A DNA stretch of 64,000 nt from Bacteroidota bacterium (GCA_021796215.1 JAJYOK010000010.1:10519-74518); one strand, 5' to 3'; numbered from the stretch's first letter, positions 10,490-20,702 are shown. A program made the numbers and translations. Notes: generated by a model from the letters alone, not told the origin.

Positions 10490-11497
10490 ATGAAAAGAAT
10501 CCTTTATCTTTTATCCTTTATCCTTTTTACTTCTATTACATTTTCCCAAGAATTTACTATCAAGTTCGCCACGCTTGCGCCGGAAGGAAGCACGTGGATG
10601 AACGTCATGCACGAATACGACAAAGCTGTCCGAAAGGAAAGCGGCGGCAGGCTTGGATTTAAAATTTACGCCGGCGGTGTTGCCGGCGACGAGCAGGATG
10701 TCCTTCGCAAAATCCGGCTCGGGCAATATCACAGCGCAGGGTTCACCGGCGTCGGCATGGGAAAGATTGTGCCCGAAGTCCGCATTCTCGATGCGCCGTT
10801 CTTGTTCAAAAGCCATGCGGAAGTTGATTACATTCTCGACAAATTCGACGGCGAGTTTCGGAAAGCGTTCGAAGACAACGGATTTGTTTTGCTGGGCTGG
10901 GCTGAAGTCGGTTACGTGTACGTTTTCACGAACAAACCGATCACGAAAGTGCGTGATCTTGACGGCGTGAAAATGTGGATGTGGGAAGGCGATCCGGTGG
11001 CAGAAGCGACATTCAAAGCGCTTGAAGTAAAACCGTTCCCGCTTTCCATCACCGATGTGCAGACGTCGCTGCAAACCGGATTGATTGACGGCGTGTACAC
11101 TTCTCCGCTGGCGGCAGTATCATTGCAATGGTTCACCAGTGTGAAATACATGCTCGATGTTCCATTGACAAATTCGATGGGCGCCGTACTGATTTCGAAG
11201 CGGGAATTTGACAAGCTGCCGTCCGATCTCCAGCAAATTCTTCTTAACGATGGAAAAACGTATCTCCGGAAACTGACTGAGCTAAGCCGAAAGGATAACG
11301 ACAAGTCGCTTCAAATTTTGAAGAGGAATCACATCACGTTTACGGAACCAGCGTCGCCAAAAGATGCACAGCAGTACGACGAAATTGGGAAAACTGCGCG
11401 GCAATATATGGTGGGGAAGTTATATTCGGCTGACCTTTTACAACGGCTTGAGAAAGCGCTTGCCGATTTCCGCACCGAGCACAATGGTGCGAAATGA
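10490..11497 (+). CDS. dctP: TRAP transporter substrate-binding protein DctP (TatP-like)
   Basis: KFATLAPEGSTW, LRKIRLGQ, SLQTGLIDG. Confidence 0.92.
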   Translation: MKRILYLLSFILFTSITFSQEFTIKFATLAPEGSTWMNVMHEYDKAVRKESGGRLGFKIYAGGVAGDEQDVLRKIRLGQYHSAGFTGVGMGKIVPEVRILDAPFLFKSHAEVDYILDKFDGEFRKAFEDNGFVLLGWAEVGYVYVFTNKPITKVRDLDGVKMWMWEGDPVAEATFKALEVKPFPLSITDVQTSLQTGLIDGVYTSPLAAVSLQWFTSVKYMLDVPLTNSMGAVLISKREFDKLPSDLQQILLNDGKTYLRKLTELSRKDNDKSLQILKRNHITFTEPASPKDAQQYDEIGKTARQYMVGKLYSADLLQRLEKALADFRTEHNGAK

Positions 11498-12033
11498 AAG
11501 CACTGTTATTTGTTGACCGCGCCATTGCCCGGATTGCCGGATGGCTGTTGGTGCTCGTTCTCAGCGCGATGATTGTGATGTCGTTCGGTCAGGTAGTGCT
11601 GAGAAATTTTTTCGGCACGAGCATTGAGTGGGGCGATATTCTTCTGCGCCACCTCGTGCTGTGGCTTGGTTTTCTTGGCGCTACAATTGCAACCGGCGAC
11701 GACCGGCACATCAAAGTAGATTTTCTGACGAAGTTCATTCCTGCAAAGCTCCAGAAAATTCTTTCTATTCTGACTTCATTGTTTGCGGGAGTCATCTGTT
11801 ATTTTTTGTTGAACGCTGCGATTAGCTTCATTCAAATCGGCATTGATCCGGACAGCACGCTTATTCTCAATTTACCAACGTGGTATTTTGTCGTCATCAT
11901 TCCGGTTGGTTACGGATTGATGGCATTTCGGTTTGTCATTGTTGCGCTGAAACGCACAATCGAAATTATCCACGGCGACTGGACAATTTCGCAAAAGGTT
12001 GATCCGTCCTTGACGGAGAAGGCGAGCGTTTGA
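11494..12033 (+). CDS. dctQ: TRAP transporter small permease DctQ
   Basis: Four TM segments, QVVLRN...W, HIKVD; overlaps dctP stop. Confidence 0.9.
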   Translation: MKALLFVDRAIARIAGWLLVLVLSAMIVMSFGQVVLRNFFGTSIEWGDILLRHLVLWLGFLGATIATGDDRHIKVDFLTKFIPAKLQKILSILTSLFAGVICYFLLNAAISFIQIGIDPDSTLILNLPTWYFVVIIPVGYGLMAFRFVIVALKRTIEIIHGDWTISQKVDPSLTEKASV

Positions 12034-13313
12034 TGCCGGTCATCATTGTTGTTCTCATTCTCATCGCATTGATGTTGTTTGGGGCGCCGCTTTTTTCCAT
12101 TATTGGCTCCATTGCGCTCATCGGATTTTCTTCGCAGGGCATTGATACGGCGGCTATCATCGTCGAAATGTACCGCCTTGCAAGTCAGCCGGTACTTCTC
12201 GCAATTCCGCTTTTTACTTTTGCAGGATATTTACTGGCAGAAAGCAACACGCCGAAACGCCTCGTCGCGCTCACGCAGGCATTGGTCGGCTGGCTCCCCG
12301 GCGGACTTGCGATTGTCGTGTTAGCGGCGTGCGCAATCTTCACGGCGTTTACAGGCGGCTCCGGTATCACGATTGTCGCTCTCGGCGGGCTTGTCTATCC
12401 GATTTTGATTTCGGAAAAATATTCTGAAAACTTTTCGCTCGGGCTCGTTACAACTTCCGGCAGTCTTGGATTGCTTTTTCCTCCGAGTCTGCCGATTATT
12501 TTGTACGGTATTGTTTCGGAAGTCTCCATCAGCCAATTATTTTTGGCGGGCATAGTGCCGGGAATTTTGCTGGTGATCATTCTTTCTGTCTACAGTGTCC
12601 GGCAAGGCGTCGCAGCAAAAGTTCAGCGTCATCCGTTCGAGTGGAAAAAAGTCTGGCGTGCATTGAAAGATGCAGCGTGGGAAATACCACTTCCCTTTGT
12701 CATAATCATTGGAATTTATTCCGGTTTTTTTACGGCAACTGAAGCTGCTGCCGTGACCGCATTTTATGTTTTGGTTGTCGAAGTTTTTGTCTATCGCGAT
12801 TTGAAATTATTCAGCGATGTTCCGCGCGTAATGAAAGAAAGCATGATTCTTGTCGGTGCCATTCTCATGATTCTTGCCACGGCAATGGGATTGACGAGTT
12901 TCCTCATTGACCAGCAGGTACCGCAGCGATTATTCGAGTTCATCAGCAGCGTCATCACCAGCAAGCTGATTTTTCTTATCATTCTGAATCTTTTTCTCAT
13001 CATTGTCGGAATGATGATGGACATTTTCTCCGCCATCATTGTTGTTGTCCCGCTTATCATTCCGATAGCGAAACAGTACGGTGTTGATCCGGTTCATCTC
13101 GGCATTATTTTTCTTGCCAACCTTGAAATTGGTTATCTCACGCCGCCCGTGGGATTGAATCTGTTCATTTCAAGTTTTCGTTTTGAAAAATCGGTCGGCA
13201 AAGTCACGCTTGCAACGCTGCCGTTCATTGCCATACTTTTTGTCGCGCTGATGATCATTACGTATGTTCCGGAGCTAAGCTTGGGATTGATTCAATTATT
13301 AGGCGTGAAATAG
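12030..13313 (+). CDS. dctM: TRAP transporter large permease DctM
   Basis: LLAIPLFTFAG, GSLGLLFPPS, DPVHLGIIF, TPPVGLNLF. Confidence 0.93.
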   Translation: MMPVIIVVLILIALMLFGAPLFSIIGSIALIGFSSQGIDTAAIIVEMYRLASQPVLLAIPLFTFAGYLLAESNTPKRLVALTQALVGWLPGGLAIVVLAACAIFTAFTGGSGITIVALGGLVYPILISEKYSENFSLGLVTTSGSLGLLFPPSLPIILYGIVSEVSISQLFLAGIVPGILLVIILSVYSVRQGVAAKVQRHPFEWKKVWRALKDAAWEIPLPFVIIIGIYSGFFTATEAAAVTAFYVLVVEVFVYRDLKLFSDVPRVMKESMILVGAILMILATAMGLTSFLIDQQVPQRLFEFISSVITSKLIFLIILNLFLIIVGMMMDIFSAIIVVVPLIIPIAKQYGVDPVHLGIIFLANLEIGYLTPPVGLNLFISSFRFEKSVGKVTLATLPFIAILFVALMIITYVPELSLGLIQLLGVK

Positions 13314-13397
13314 TACGGCGCTTACTTTCTCCAACTGCCTCATTCCAGCTTATGGTTGAAAAGTAAAATTTATTTTATCTTTCCAGTAATTGCTTGG

Positions 13398-13425
13398 CGT
13401 CATTCCCAAACGTGGGGGAATGACG
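13398..13425. repeat. ATTCCC-N8-GGGAAT palindrome upstream of uvrA
   Basis: CGTCATTCCC-AAACGTGG-GGGAATGACG: perfect 10-bp arms, 8-nt spacer. Confidence 0.65.
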
Positions 13426-13479
13426 GATAGAGAGAACTCTGAGCGGTTACTCTTTTCTTTGAATAGGATTACCACCTCA

Positions 13480-16359
13480 ATGCCAAAATCATCAACAATA
13501 TTGCCTAAGGCAAAAACTGCGCCGCGCAGTGCAGACGCTGCGAAAGTTATTTCCATCCGCGGCGCACGCGTCCACAATCTGAAAAACATCAGCCTTGAAA
13601 TTCCACGCAACAAGCTTATTGTGATCACCGGTGTAAGCGGTTCAGGAAAATCGAGTCTTGCTTTCGATACGATTTATGCTGAAGGACAGCGCCGCTATGT
13701 TGAAAGCCTTTCTGCGTACGCACGACAATTTCTTGAACGCATGGATAAGCCGGATGTGGACATGATCCAGGGATTGAGTCCGGCGATTGCAATTGAGCAG
13801 AAAACGAATACACGTAACCCGCGTTCAACAGTAGCCACGACAACGGAAGTGTACGATTATCTCCGCCTTCTTTTCGCCCGCATCGGAAAAACGTACTGCG
13901 AAGTTTGCGGGAAATTAGTGGCGCGCGATTCCGTCCACACCGCTGTTGACCGCCTCAATCAATTCGCGGACGGTGCGAAATTTTATATTACATTTCCGCT
14001 TCCGAAGCATGAAGGCAAAACGATGAAGCAGGAAGTTGATGCGCTGAAGAAGCGCGGATTCTTCCGGTTTATTGCCGGCAAAGAATTGATTGACACAAAC
14101 GAGCGCGCACTTTCTTTACAAACGAAAAAAGATGTTAAACATGGCGCCGCAAACGACATTTTCGTTCTTATTGACCGCTTTGTGCTTCGGAAAAAAGAAA
14201 AGGAAATGGGACATGGCGCTGCAAGTGACAGTCAAACCCGGCTTGCGGATTCCATTCAGACCGCTTTTGAAGAAGGGGAAGGGTACGCCGCAGTGTTCGA
14301 TCTTGCGTCGGAAACATGGCTGCGGTTCAATCAGCATTTCGAATGTCCGGACGGACACATGCGCTACGAAGAACCGACGCCGCAGCTTTTTTCGTTCAAC
14401 AGTCCGGTCGGTGCTTGTCCAAAATGTCAGGGCTTTGGCCGTTCGGTCGGTTTGGATATGGATTTGATCGTGCCGGACAAAAACAAAACAATCCGCGACG
14501 GCGCAATTCAACCGTGGACAACGCCGAAGTTTCGGGAAAATCTCCGCGATTTGCTCGCGATTGCGTACGAAGCGAACGTACCTGTGAATGTTCCGTTCAG
14601 CGATCTCACTGATGCACAGTTGAATGTTGTCATGAACGGATTCGGAAGACGCTTCGATGGCGTCAACGGATTTTTCAAGATGGTAGAGCGCAAGTCGTAC
14701 AAAATTCAGTACCGCGTTTTGCTCAGTAAGTACCGCGGTTACACTCTCTGCGATGAGTGCGGTGGAAGTCGTCTGCGCAAGGAAGCGCGCTCTGTCAAGA
14801 TTAATGACAAAACCGCCGGCGATGTTGTTCACATGACGATTGATGATGCCGATGTGTTTTTCAAAGCTCTTACGCTCACTGATTTTGAGATGAGCATCAG
14901 CCGCCGCATTCTCGATGAAATTCAGAAACGCCTTCGCTATTTGGTTGAAGTCGGCTTGGGATATTTGACGCTTGACCGCTTATCGTCCACACTTTCCGGC
15001 GGCGAATCGCAGCGCATTAATCTTGCGACGTCACTTGGCTCGTCGCTCGTCGGTTCGGTGTACGTGCTGGATGAACCGAGCATCGGTTTGCACCCGGTTG
15101 ATAATGACCGCCTCATCCGTATTTTGAAATCGCTCCGCGATCTCGGCAACACGATCATTGTCGTCGAACACGACGCCGACATGATGCGCGCCGCCGATGT
15201 GTTGATTGATATGGGACCAGCTGCCGGCGAACGCGGAGGCGAAGTAACATTCTTCGGCACCGCTGCGGAAGCGACCACTCGCCCTGTGTCGCTCACCGGA
15301 AAATATCTAAGCGGAGCATTGCGCATTCCCATTCCCGCTTCACGGCGAAAAGATTCAGGAAAATCACTGAAGTTGAAAAATGCGTTCCACCATAATCTGA
15401 AAAATATTGATGTTGAATTTCCGCTCAACATGCTTGTCTGTGTAACCGGCGTCAGCGGATCGGGGAAAAGCACGCTGGTGCACGACGTGCTGTTTGAAGG
15501 AATTAGAAAGCGCTTTGAAACGAAAGCCGGAAGGATTAACGGTGCGGCGGATCTTCATGGCGTCGAAGAATTGAATGGCGTTGAATTAGTTGATCAATCG
15601 CCGATCGGAAGAACGCCGCGGTCGAATGCCGTTACGTACATCAAAGCCTTCGATGTCATCCGCGATTTGCTGGCGAACACACAGACGGCAAAAGTGCACG
15701 GCTATCAGCCGGGATTTTTCTCGTTCAACGTTCCCGGCGGCAGATGTGAAACGTGCGAAGGCGACGGCGTTCAAAAAATTGAAATGCAGTTCATGGCGGA
15801 TTTGTATCTTGTGTGTGAAAGCTGCAAAGGAAAGCGGTACAAGGAAGAAGCGCTCGCTGTACGCTACGACGGAAAAAATGTTGACGACATCCTTTCGATG
15901 ACGGTGAACGAAGCAATTGAATTTTTCAGCCGCAAGCCGACAGGAAAACGTGTCGCGCAAAGGCTGAAAGTGCTCGACGATGTCGGATTGGGGTATTTGC
16001 GTCTCGGGCAGGCAGCGACAACACTTTCGGGCGGCGAAGCACAGCGCGTGAAGCTTGCAGCACATCTCTCTTCTGACCAAGAAGGACACACACTTTTTAT
16101 TTTTGATGAGCCGACCACCGGCTTGCATTTTGATGACATCGCAAAGCTGCTGAAATGTTTCACCGCATTAATTGCTGCCGGACATTCAGTGCTTCTTATC
16201 GAACACAATCTCGACGTTATCAAATGTGCCGATTATCTGATTGATCTTGGTCCCGGCGGCGGAGAAAGCGGCGGAAGGATTATTGCACACGGAACGCCCG
16301 AAGAAGTTGCTCGTGTGGCAGCATCGCACACGGGAAAGTTTTTGAAAAAGATTTTATAA
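13480..16359 (+). CDS. uvrA: Excinuclease ABC subunit A
   Basis: Two GVSGSGKS Walker A motifs, two LSGGE signatures, zinc-finger CxxC pairs; start inferred at 13480. Confidence 0.97.
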   Translation: MPKSSTILPKAKTAPRSADAAKVISIRGARVHNLKNISLEIPRNKLIVITGVSGSGKSSLAFDTIYAEGQRRYVESLSAYARQFLERMDKPDVDMIQGLSPAIAIEQKTNTRNPRSTVATTTEVYDYLRLLFARIGKTYCEVCGKLVARDSVHTAVDRLNQFADGAKFYITFPLPKHEGKTMKQEVDALKKRGFFRFIAGKELIDTNERALSLQTKKDVKHGAANDIFVLIDRFVLRKKEKEMGHGAASDSQTRLADSIQTAFEEGEGYAAVFDLASETWLRFNQHFECPDGHMRYEEPTPQLFSFNSPVGACPKCQGFGRSVGLDMDLIVPDKNKTIRDGAIQPWTTPKFRENLRDLLAIAYEANVPVNVPFSDLTDAQLNVVMNGFGRRFDGVNGFFKMVERKSYKIQYRVLLSKYRGYTLCDECGGSRLRKEARSVKINDKTAGDVVHMTIDDADVFFKALTLTDFEMSISRRILDEIQKRLRYLVEVGLGYLTLDRLSSTLSGGESQRINLATSLGSSLVGSVYVLDEPSIGLHPVDNDRLIRILKSLRDLGNTIIVVEHDADMMRAADVLIDMGPAAGERGGEVTFFGTAAEATTRPVSLTGKYLSGALRIPIPASRRKDSGKSLKLKNAFHHNLKNIDVEFPLNMLVCVTGVSGSGKSTLVHDVLFEGIRKRFETKAGRINGAADLHGVEELNGVELVDQSPIGRTPRSNAVTYIKAFDVIRDLLANTQTAKVHGYQPGFFSFNVPGGRCETCEGDGVQKIEMQFMADLYLVCESCKGKRYKEEALAVRYDGKNVDDILSMTVNEAIEFFSRKPTGKRVAQRLKVLDDVGLGYLRLGQAATTLSGGEAQRVKLAAHLSSDQEGHTLFIFDEPTTGLHFDDIAKLLKCFTALIAAGHSVLLIEHNLDVIKCADYLIDLGPGGGESGGRIIAHGTPEEVARVAASHTGKFLKKIL

Positions 16360-16393
16360 AAAAGATCTCTCGCCGAAATAACGACTTATTTTT

Positions 16394-17125
16394 TTAATAC
16401 AGCGAACCGAAATTCAGCGTAATAAAAAATCCGCCAAAATCTTTTTTCCTGCTGATGTTGCCTAATTGATCCTGCATGCTGGGAAGTCCATGTGCGAGAG
16501 GAATGAAGTAGTACCGAATATTTACACCGGAAAGATTGTCCTTTGCAATTCCGAAGAAAGCGCCAAGCCCGATATATCCACCGAGTGTGTAGTGCGCCTG
16601 GCCGTACCCAAGACTGCTGAAAAATTCTTTATCGTATGGTGTGGAAAAAATGAGTGTGGGTCCCAATCCGGCATTGATATACGGACGGAAATTATCTACG
16701 ATCTCATCTGCAAAGAGACGGTATTGCACGCCGACGTGAAGCGGTACCAAAAGAAAACGATTGATCTTTCCAGGGACGTACGTTTGTCCGTAGTAATCAA
16801 CATACTCGACCTCGTTATTGTCTTTCGCTTCCGAGATTGAAAGCGCTACCGTTCCATAAATCTCCTCTGTGTATTGATGGCGATAAAACCCGCCGAGACC
16901 GAGTCCGCTGTTGGAAAGAAGGATATCCATGCCGTACGCATTATCGAGCTCAGAGGCAGGAGCAGGTTTCAGTATATTTGGGTTCGGCGATTTGAAAACA
17001 ATGGAAGTGTCCGCCGCTTCTTTTTGTTGCTGCGAAAGTTTATAGAAAGATGATTGCGCTGATGCAGCCGCGAAAATGCCCAGCATGGCTCCGAGCAAGC
17101 CTGCAATTCTGAATAACTGTTTCAT
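16394..17125 (-). CDS. Hypothetical outer-membrane beta-barrel protein
   Basis: Signal peptide, alternating aromatic/Gly strands, C-terminal FITLNFGSLY. Confidence 0.65.
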   Translation of the reverse strand: MKQLFRIAGLLGAMLGIFAAASAQSSFYKLSQQQKEAADTSIVFKSPNPNILKPAPASELDNAYGMDILLSNSGLGLGGFYRHQYTEEIYGTVALSISEAKDNNEVEYVDYYGQTYVPGKINRFLLVPLHVGVQYRLFADEIVDNFRPYINAGLGPTLIFSTPYDKEFFSSLGYGQAHYTLGGYIGLGAFFGIAKDNLSGVNIRYYFIPLAHGLPSMQDQLGNISRKKDFGGFFITLNFGSLY

Positions 17126-17175
17126 TCTTCACCTCAACTTCTTTTCAGTGTAACCTTTTTGCGCTCGAATTGGTT

Positions 17176-18360
17176 TCATTCCACAGAAAACACGGCGAGC
17201 TTTAAGTATTTCGTTTCAGGCATAGCGACCAGCGTAGGGTGATCGGGAGCCGCGCCGGCGGTCTGAAGCAATCTCAATTTTCTTTTTGCTTTGACACCGC
17301 TTTCCTGTACTGCGTTTAAAAATGTTTCTTCCGAGATATGGTGTGAGCACGATGCAGTGATCAAAATGCCGCCGCTGTTCAATAGCGCAAGCGCTCCGGC
17401 ATTGACCTCTTTATAGCCTTTAAGAGCGGTTGCAACAGTTTTTTTATTCTTTGCGAACGACGGCGGATCGAGAATGACGACGTCGTAGCGTTTTTCCTGC
17501 TGAAGCGCGGAAGAAAGAAATTGAAACGCATCAGTGCAATGGTACGAAATATTTTGAAGCTCGTTCAGTGTAACATTCACTTTGCATTTCTCTATCGCAA
17601 ATTCAGAGCTGTCAACGCAGGTCACTTCTTTTGCTCCGAAGTGCGAGGCATACATTCCGAAACCGCCTTCGTTGCAGAAGCAATCGAGCACCGACGCATG
17701 CTTTACGTGCGGTTTAACGAGCGCCCGGTTTTCGCGCTGGTCAAGATAAAATCCTGTCTTCTGTCCTTCCAATACATCAACACGGAACTTGAGAGAGTTC
17801 AATTCGATAATTGTCGGGTCAACGGAACCGCGAAGAATTCCCTTGCGCTGCGGAAGCTGTTCAAGCGAGCGAAGCGGCGATTCGTTGCGTTCAACAATAC
17901 CGCGCGGAGAAAAAATTGAAACGAGGACATCGCACAGAAGCGTAAGACGTTCGTCCATTCCAGCAGAAAATGTTTGGACGGAAAGATATTCGTTGTACTT
18001 GTCAATAATAACGCCGGGGAGAAAATCGCTTTCGCTGTTCACAAGGCGGAATGTTCCGCTTTTCGGGTACAGCTTTTCCCGCAATGCAAGCGCGGAACGG
18101 ATGCGCCGTTCGAAGAACTGAAAATCAATTTCCTCGTCATCGGCGGTAAGAAGGCGTGCGGCTATCAGTGAATGCGGGTTGTAAAATCCAACGCCCAATT
18201 TTTTCAAATCGTGCCGGAGAATTTCGACAATGTCGCCGCTTTTCGGCGCGCCGTTGACGGTGTGGATTTCATTGCTGAATACCCATTGATGTCCGTTCAG
18301 CAGCCGCCGCTCTTCGTGTTTTTTCAACACGATATTTTTTTTCAGTACAATACTTGTCAT
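17176..18360 (-). CDS. rlmI: RlmI-family rRNA (m5C) methyltransferase
   Basis: PUA-like GHQWVFSNE, SDFLPGVIID, GQKTGFYLDQR, DVVILDPPSF; start inferred at 18360. Confidence 0.85.
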   Translation of the reverse strand: MTSIVLKKNIVLKKHEERRLLNGHQWVFSNEIHTVNGAPKSGDIVEILRHDLKKLGVGFYNPHSLIAARLLTADDEEIDFQFFERRIRSALALREKLYPKSGTFRLVNSESDFLPGVIIDKYNEYLSVQTFSAGMDERLTLLCDVLVSIFSPRGIVERNESPLRSLEQLPQRKGILRGSVDPTIIELNSLKFRVDVLEGQKTGFYLDQRENRALVKPHVKHASVLDCFCNEGGFGMYASHFGAKEVTCVDSSEFAIEKCKVNVTLNELQNISYHCTDAFQFLSSALQQEKRYDVVILDPPSFAKNKKTVATALKGYKEVNAGALALLNSGGILITASCSHHISEETFLNAVQESGVKAKRKLRLLQTAGAAPDHPTLVAMPETKYLKLAVFSVE

Positions 18361-18369
18361 GTCAGCACT

Positions 18370-18456
18370 AAAGTACCAAGATTGAGCAGGATAGTCAACA
18401 CAGAAAAAAGCTTTCGTGATGTTTCTATTGAATCTCTCCGTCATTCTTGTATATTT
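18370..18456. promoter_or_regulatory. Divergent promoters for rlmI (-) and radA (+)
   Basis: Minus strand TTGACT-N17-TACTTT ending 9 nt before the rlmI ATG; plus strand TTGAAT-N16-TATATT before radA. Confidence 0.45.
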
Positions 18457-18468
18457 ATTCCACACGCC

Positions 18469-19854
18469 ATGTCGAAAGTCATCACCAAATACGTCTGTCA
18501 GAATTGCGGTTATGTTTCACCGCGGTGGACCGGCAAATGTCCGAATTGCAATGAATGGAATTCCTTCGTTGAAGAAGCGCCTGTGCCGGCGCGCGTTGCG
18601 AGAAAATCTGGCAGCATTGCATCGAAGTTCGAACCGGTTCCGTTAACTCAAGTGAACGGACACGAGGAGGAACGTTTTGCTACAGGCATGTCGGAATTTG
18701 ACCGCGTGCTCGGCGGGGGAATTGTTCCCGGTTCGGTGATTCTTCTTGGCGGCGATCCGGGCATCGGCAAATCAACATTGATGATGCAGATTGCACTGCT
18801 GCTTAAAAACAAGATTGTGCTGTACATTACCGGCGAGGAATCACTCAAACAAATTAAATTGCGTGCCGACCGGCTTGGGCAATATTCTGATTCTGTTCTT
18901 TTACTTCCCGAAACAAATCTCGAACTTATCACTGAAATTATTGAGCGCGGTTCTCCCGAGCTTATTGTTGTGGATTCGATTCAAACGATGTTCCGTCCCG
19001 ATTTAGAGAGCGCGCCGGGAAGTGTGGGACAGGTGCGTGAATCAACAGCGCTGCTGACGCGCATTGCAAAGACAAAAAATATTCCAATGTTCCTTGTGGG
19101 TCATGTGACGAAAGAAGGCGTGATTGCCGGGCCTCGCGTGATTGAACACATGGTTGATACGGTGTTGCAATTTGAAGGAGAACGTCATTACTCGTACCGC
19201 ATTTTGCGCGCAGCAAAGAATCGTTTTGGCTCGACAAACGAGATCGGCATTTTTGAGATGCACGACACAGGTATGCGCGAAGTGAAAAATCCGTCTGAAG
19301 TTTTTTTGTCAGAACGCGCATACGGAACTTCCGGCTCGGCTATTGTTGCAAGCATGGAAGGAACGCGCCCGATCTTAATAGAAGTGCAGGCGCTCGTCAC
19401 TTCAACAAGTTATGGCTTGCCGCAGCGCACGGCAACCGGTTTTGATCTCCGCCGTTTGCAAATGCTGCTTGCAGTTCTGGAAAAACGGGGCGGGTTGAAT
19501 TTGGGAACACAGGATGTTTTTGTGAATGTCGCTGGCGGAATTCGCATTGATGAACCTGCGGCAGATTTAGGTATTGCCGTCTCGATTGTATCTTCACTCC
19601 GCGATGTGCCTGCCGATTCGCAAACTGTCGTTGTTGGTGAAGTCGGTTTGGGCGGCGAAATTCGCACTGTGTCGCACAGCGAGCGGCGCGTGCAGGAAGC
19701 AGCAAAATTGGGATTCAAGCGAATCATCGTTCCGAAAAACAATATCAGGCATGTGAAGTTGAAAATGACGCCGCAGGCGACACAGTCAAAAGGCGGAATT
19801 GAAATTGTCGGGGTCGAATCAATCACTGAGGCACTGAAAGAAGTTCTTGGATAG
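18469..19854 (+). CDS. radA: DNA repair protein RadA/Sms
   Basis: CQNCG...CPNC zinc finger, GDPGIGKST, KNRFG motif, Lon-like C-terminus; start at 18469. Confidence 0.97.
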   Translation: MSKVITKYVCQNCGYVSPRWTGKCPNCNEWNSFVEEAPVPARVARKSGSIASKFEPVPLTQVNGHEEERFATGMSEFDRVLGGGIVPGSVILLGGDPGIGKSTLMMQIALLLKNKIVLYITGEESLKQIKLRADRLGQYSDSVLLLPETNLELITEIIERGSPELIVVDSIQTMFRPDLESAPGSVGQVRESTALLTRIAKTKNIPMFLVGHVTKEGVIAGPRVIEHMVDTVLQFEGERHYSYRILRAAKNRFGSTNEIGIFEMHDTGMREVKNPSEVFLSERAYGTSGSAIVASMEGTRPILIEVQALVTSTSYGLPQRTATGFDLRRLQMLLAVLEKRGGLNLGTQDVFVNVAGGIRIDEPAADLGIAVSIVSSLRDVPADSQTVVVGEVGLGGEIRTVSHSERRVQEAAKLGFKRIIVPKNNIRHVKLKMTPQATQSKGGIEIVGVESITEALKEVLG

Positions 19855-19857
19855 AAA

Positions 19858-19934
19858 AGTATGGAGTAAGAAGTAATGAGTATGGAGTGGTTGGAGCATC
19901 GAGAACACTAATTTCTGAACACTCAATACTTCCG
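19858..19934. repeat. 7-nt-periodic inverted repeat
   Basis: AGT at 19858, 19865, 19872, 19879, 19886; ACT/TCT at 19907, 19914, 19921, 19928. Confidence 0.65.
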
Positions 19935-19946
19935 GAAGGAAAAATT

Positions 19947-20417
19947 ATGTTTCAGCAGTCATTCATGCAAGAAGCAATTGAACTTTCACACAAAAATATT
20001 GCCGAAGGGAAAGGAGGCCCGTTTGCTGCTGTCATTGTAAAAAACGGAGCCGTCATTGCGCGTGGAACTAATATTGTTACCTCAACAAATGATCCGACGG
20101 CTCACGCGGAAGTCGTTGCCATTCGTGAAGCGTGCCGCGCACTGAACGCGTTTCAGTTGGAAGGATGCGATCTCTACACAACGTGCGAACCATGTCCGAT
20201 GTGCCTCGGTGCAATTTACTGGGCGCGTCCGGACAAAGTGTATTTTGCCAACACGCGCGATGATGCCGCGCAGATCGGGTTCGACGATTTGTTTATTTAT
20301 GATGAGTTGATGCGTCCTTTCGCTGAGCGCAAGATCCCGATGATTCAAAAAATGCGTGACGAGGCACAGAGCATCTTTCGCGAATGGGAAATGAAGCAGG
20401 ATAAAATTCAATATTGA
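19947..20417 (+). CDS. guaD: Guanine deaminase (cytidine-deaminase fold, GuaD type)
   Basis: GGPFAAVIV, DPTAHAEV, CEPCPMCLGAIYWAR, GFDD. Confidence 0.88.
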   Translation: MFQQSFMQEAIELSHKNIAEGKGGPFAAVIVKNGAVIARGTNIVTSTNDPTAHAEVVAIREACRALNAFQLEGCDLYTTCEPCPMCLGAIYWARPDKVYFANTRDDAAQIGFDDLFIYDELMRPFAERKIPMIQKMRDEAQSIFREWEMKQDKIQY

Positions 20418-20435
20418 CAAAAATTCAAAAATTCT

Positions 20436-20702
20436 ATGATGACGTTTGACGATCTTCTTGGGTACGGGGGATTTTTCTTTCTAGGTGTTTGCTGGATTCC
20501 GCAGACAATCGCAACAATCAAAGCAGGCACGGTATCAATCCAAAAATCGTTTCTTGTGATGTATGCTGCCGGCGCATTGTTGTTAATGCTGCAAGCGATT
20601 GCCATTCATAATAATCCATTGATACTGTTGAATGGGTACACAACACTGGCGAGCGGCATCAATTTATTTTACGGATTATTTCCACGAGAAGGAATGCAAT
20701 GA
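20436..20702 (+). CDS. PQ-loop/SemiSWEET-like small membrane protein
   Basis: 88 aa, three hydrophobic segments, WIPQ motif in TM1. Confidence 0.7.
   Translation: MMTFDDLLGYGGFFFLGVCWIPQTIATIKAGTVSIQKSFLVMYAAGALLLMLQAIAIHNNPLILLNGYTTLASGINLFYGLFPREGMQ

Noticed and set aside
13320-13480. LexA/SOS box upstream of uvrA (also checked for radA)
   Set aside because: No convincing GAAC-N4-GTTC, CTGT-N8-ACAG or GGA-N5-TCC site seen
18172-18468. Long N-terminal extensions of radA and rlmI (also uvrA, waaA, tmk, hisD) in the ORF track
   Set aside because: Extensions overlap neighbouring genes, promoters or repeats; family similarity begins at downstream starts
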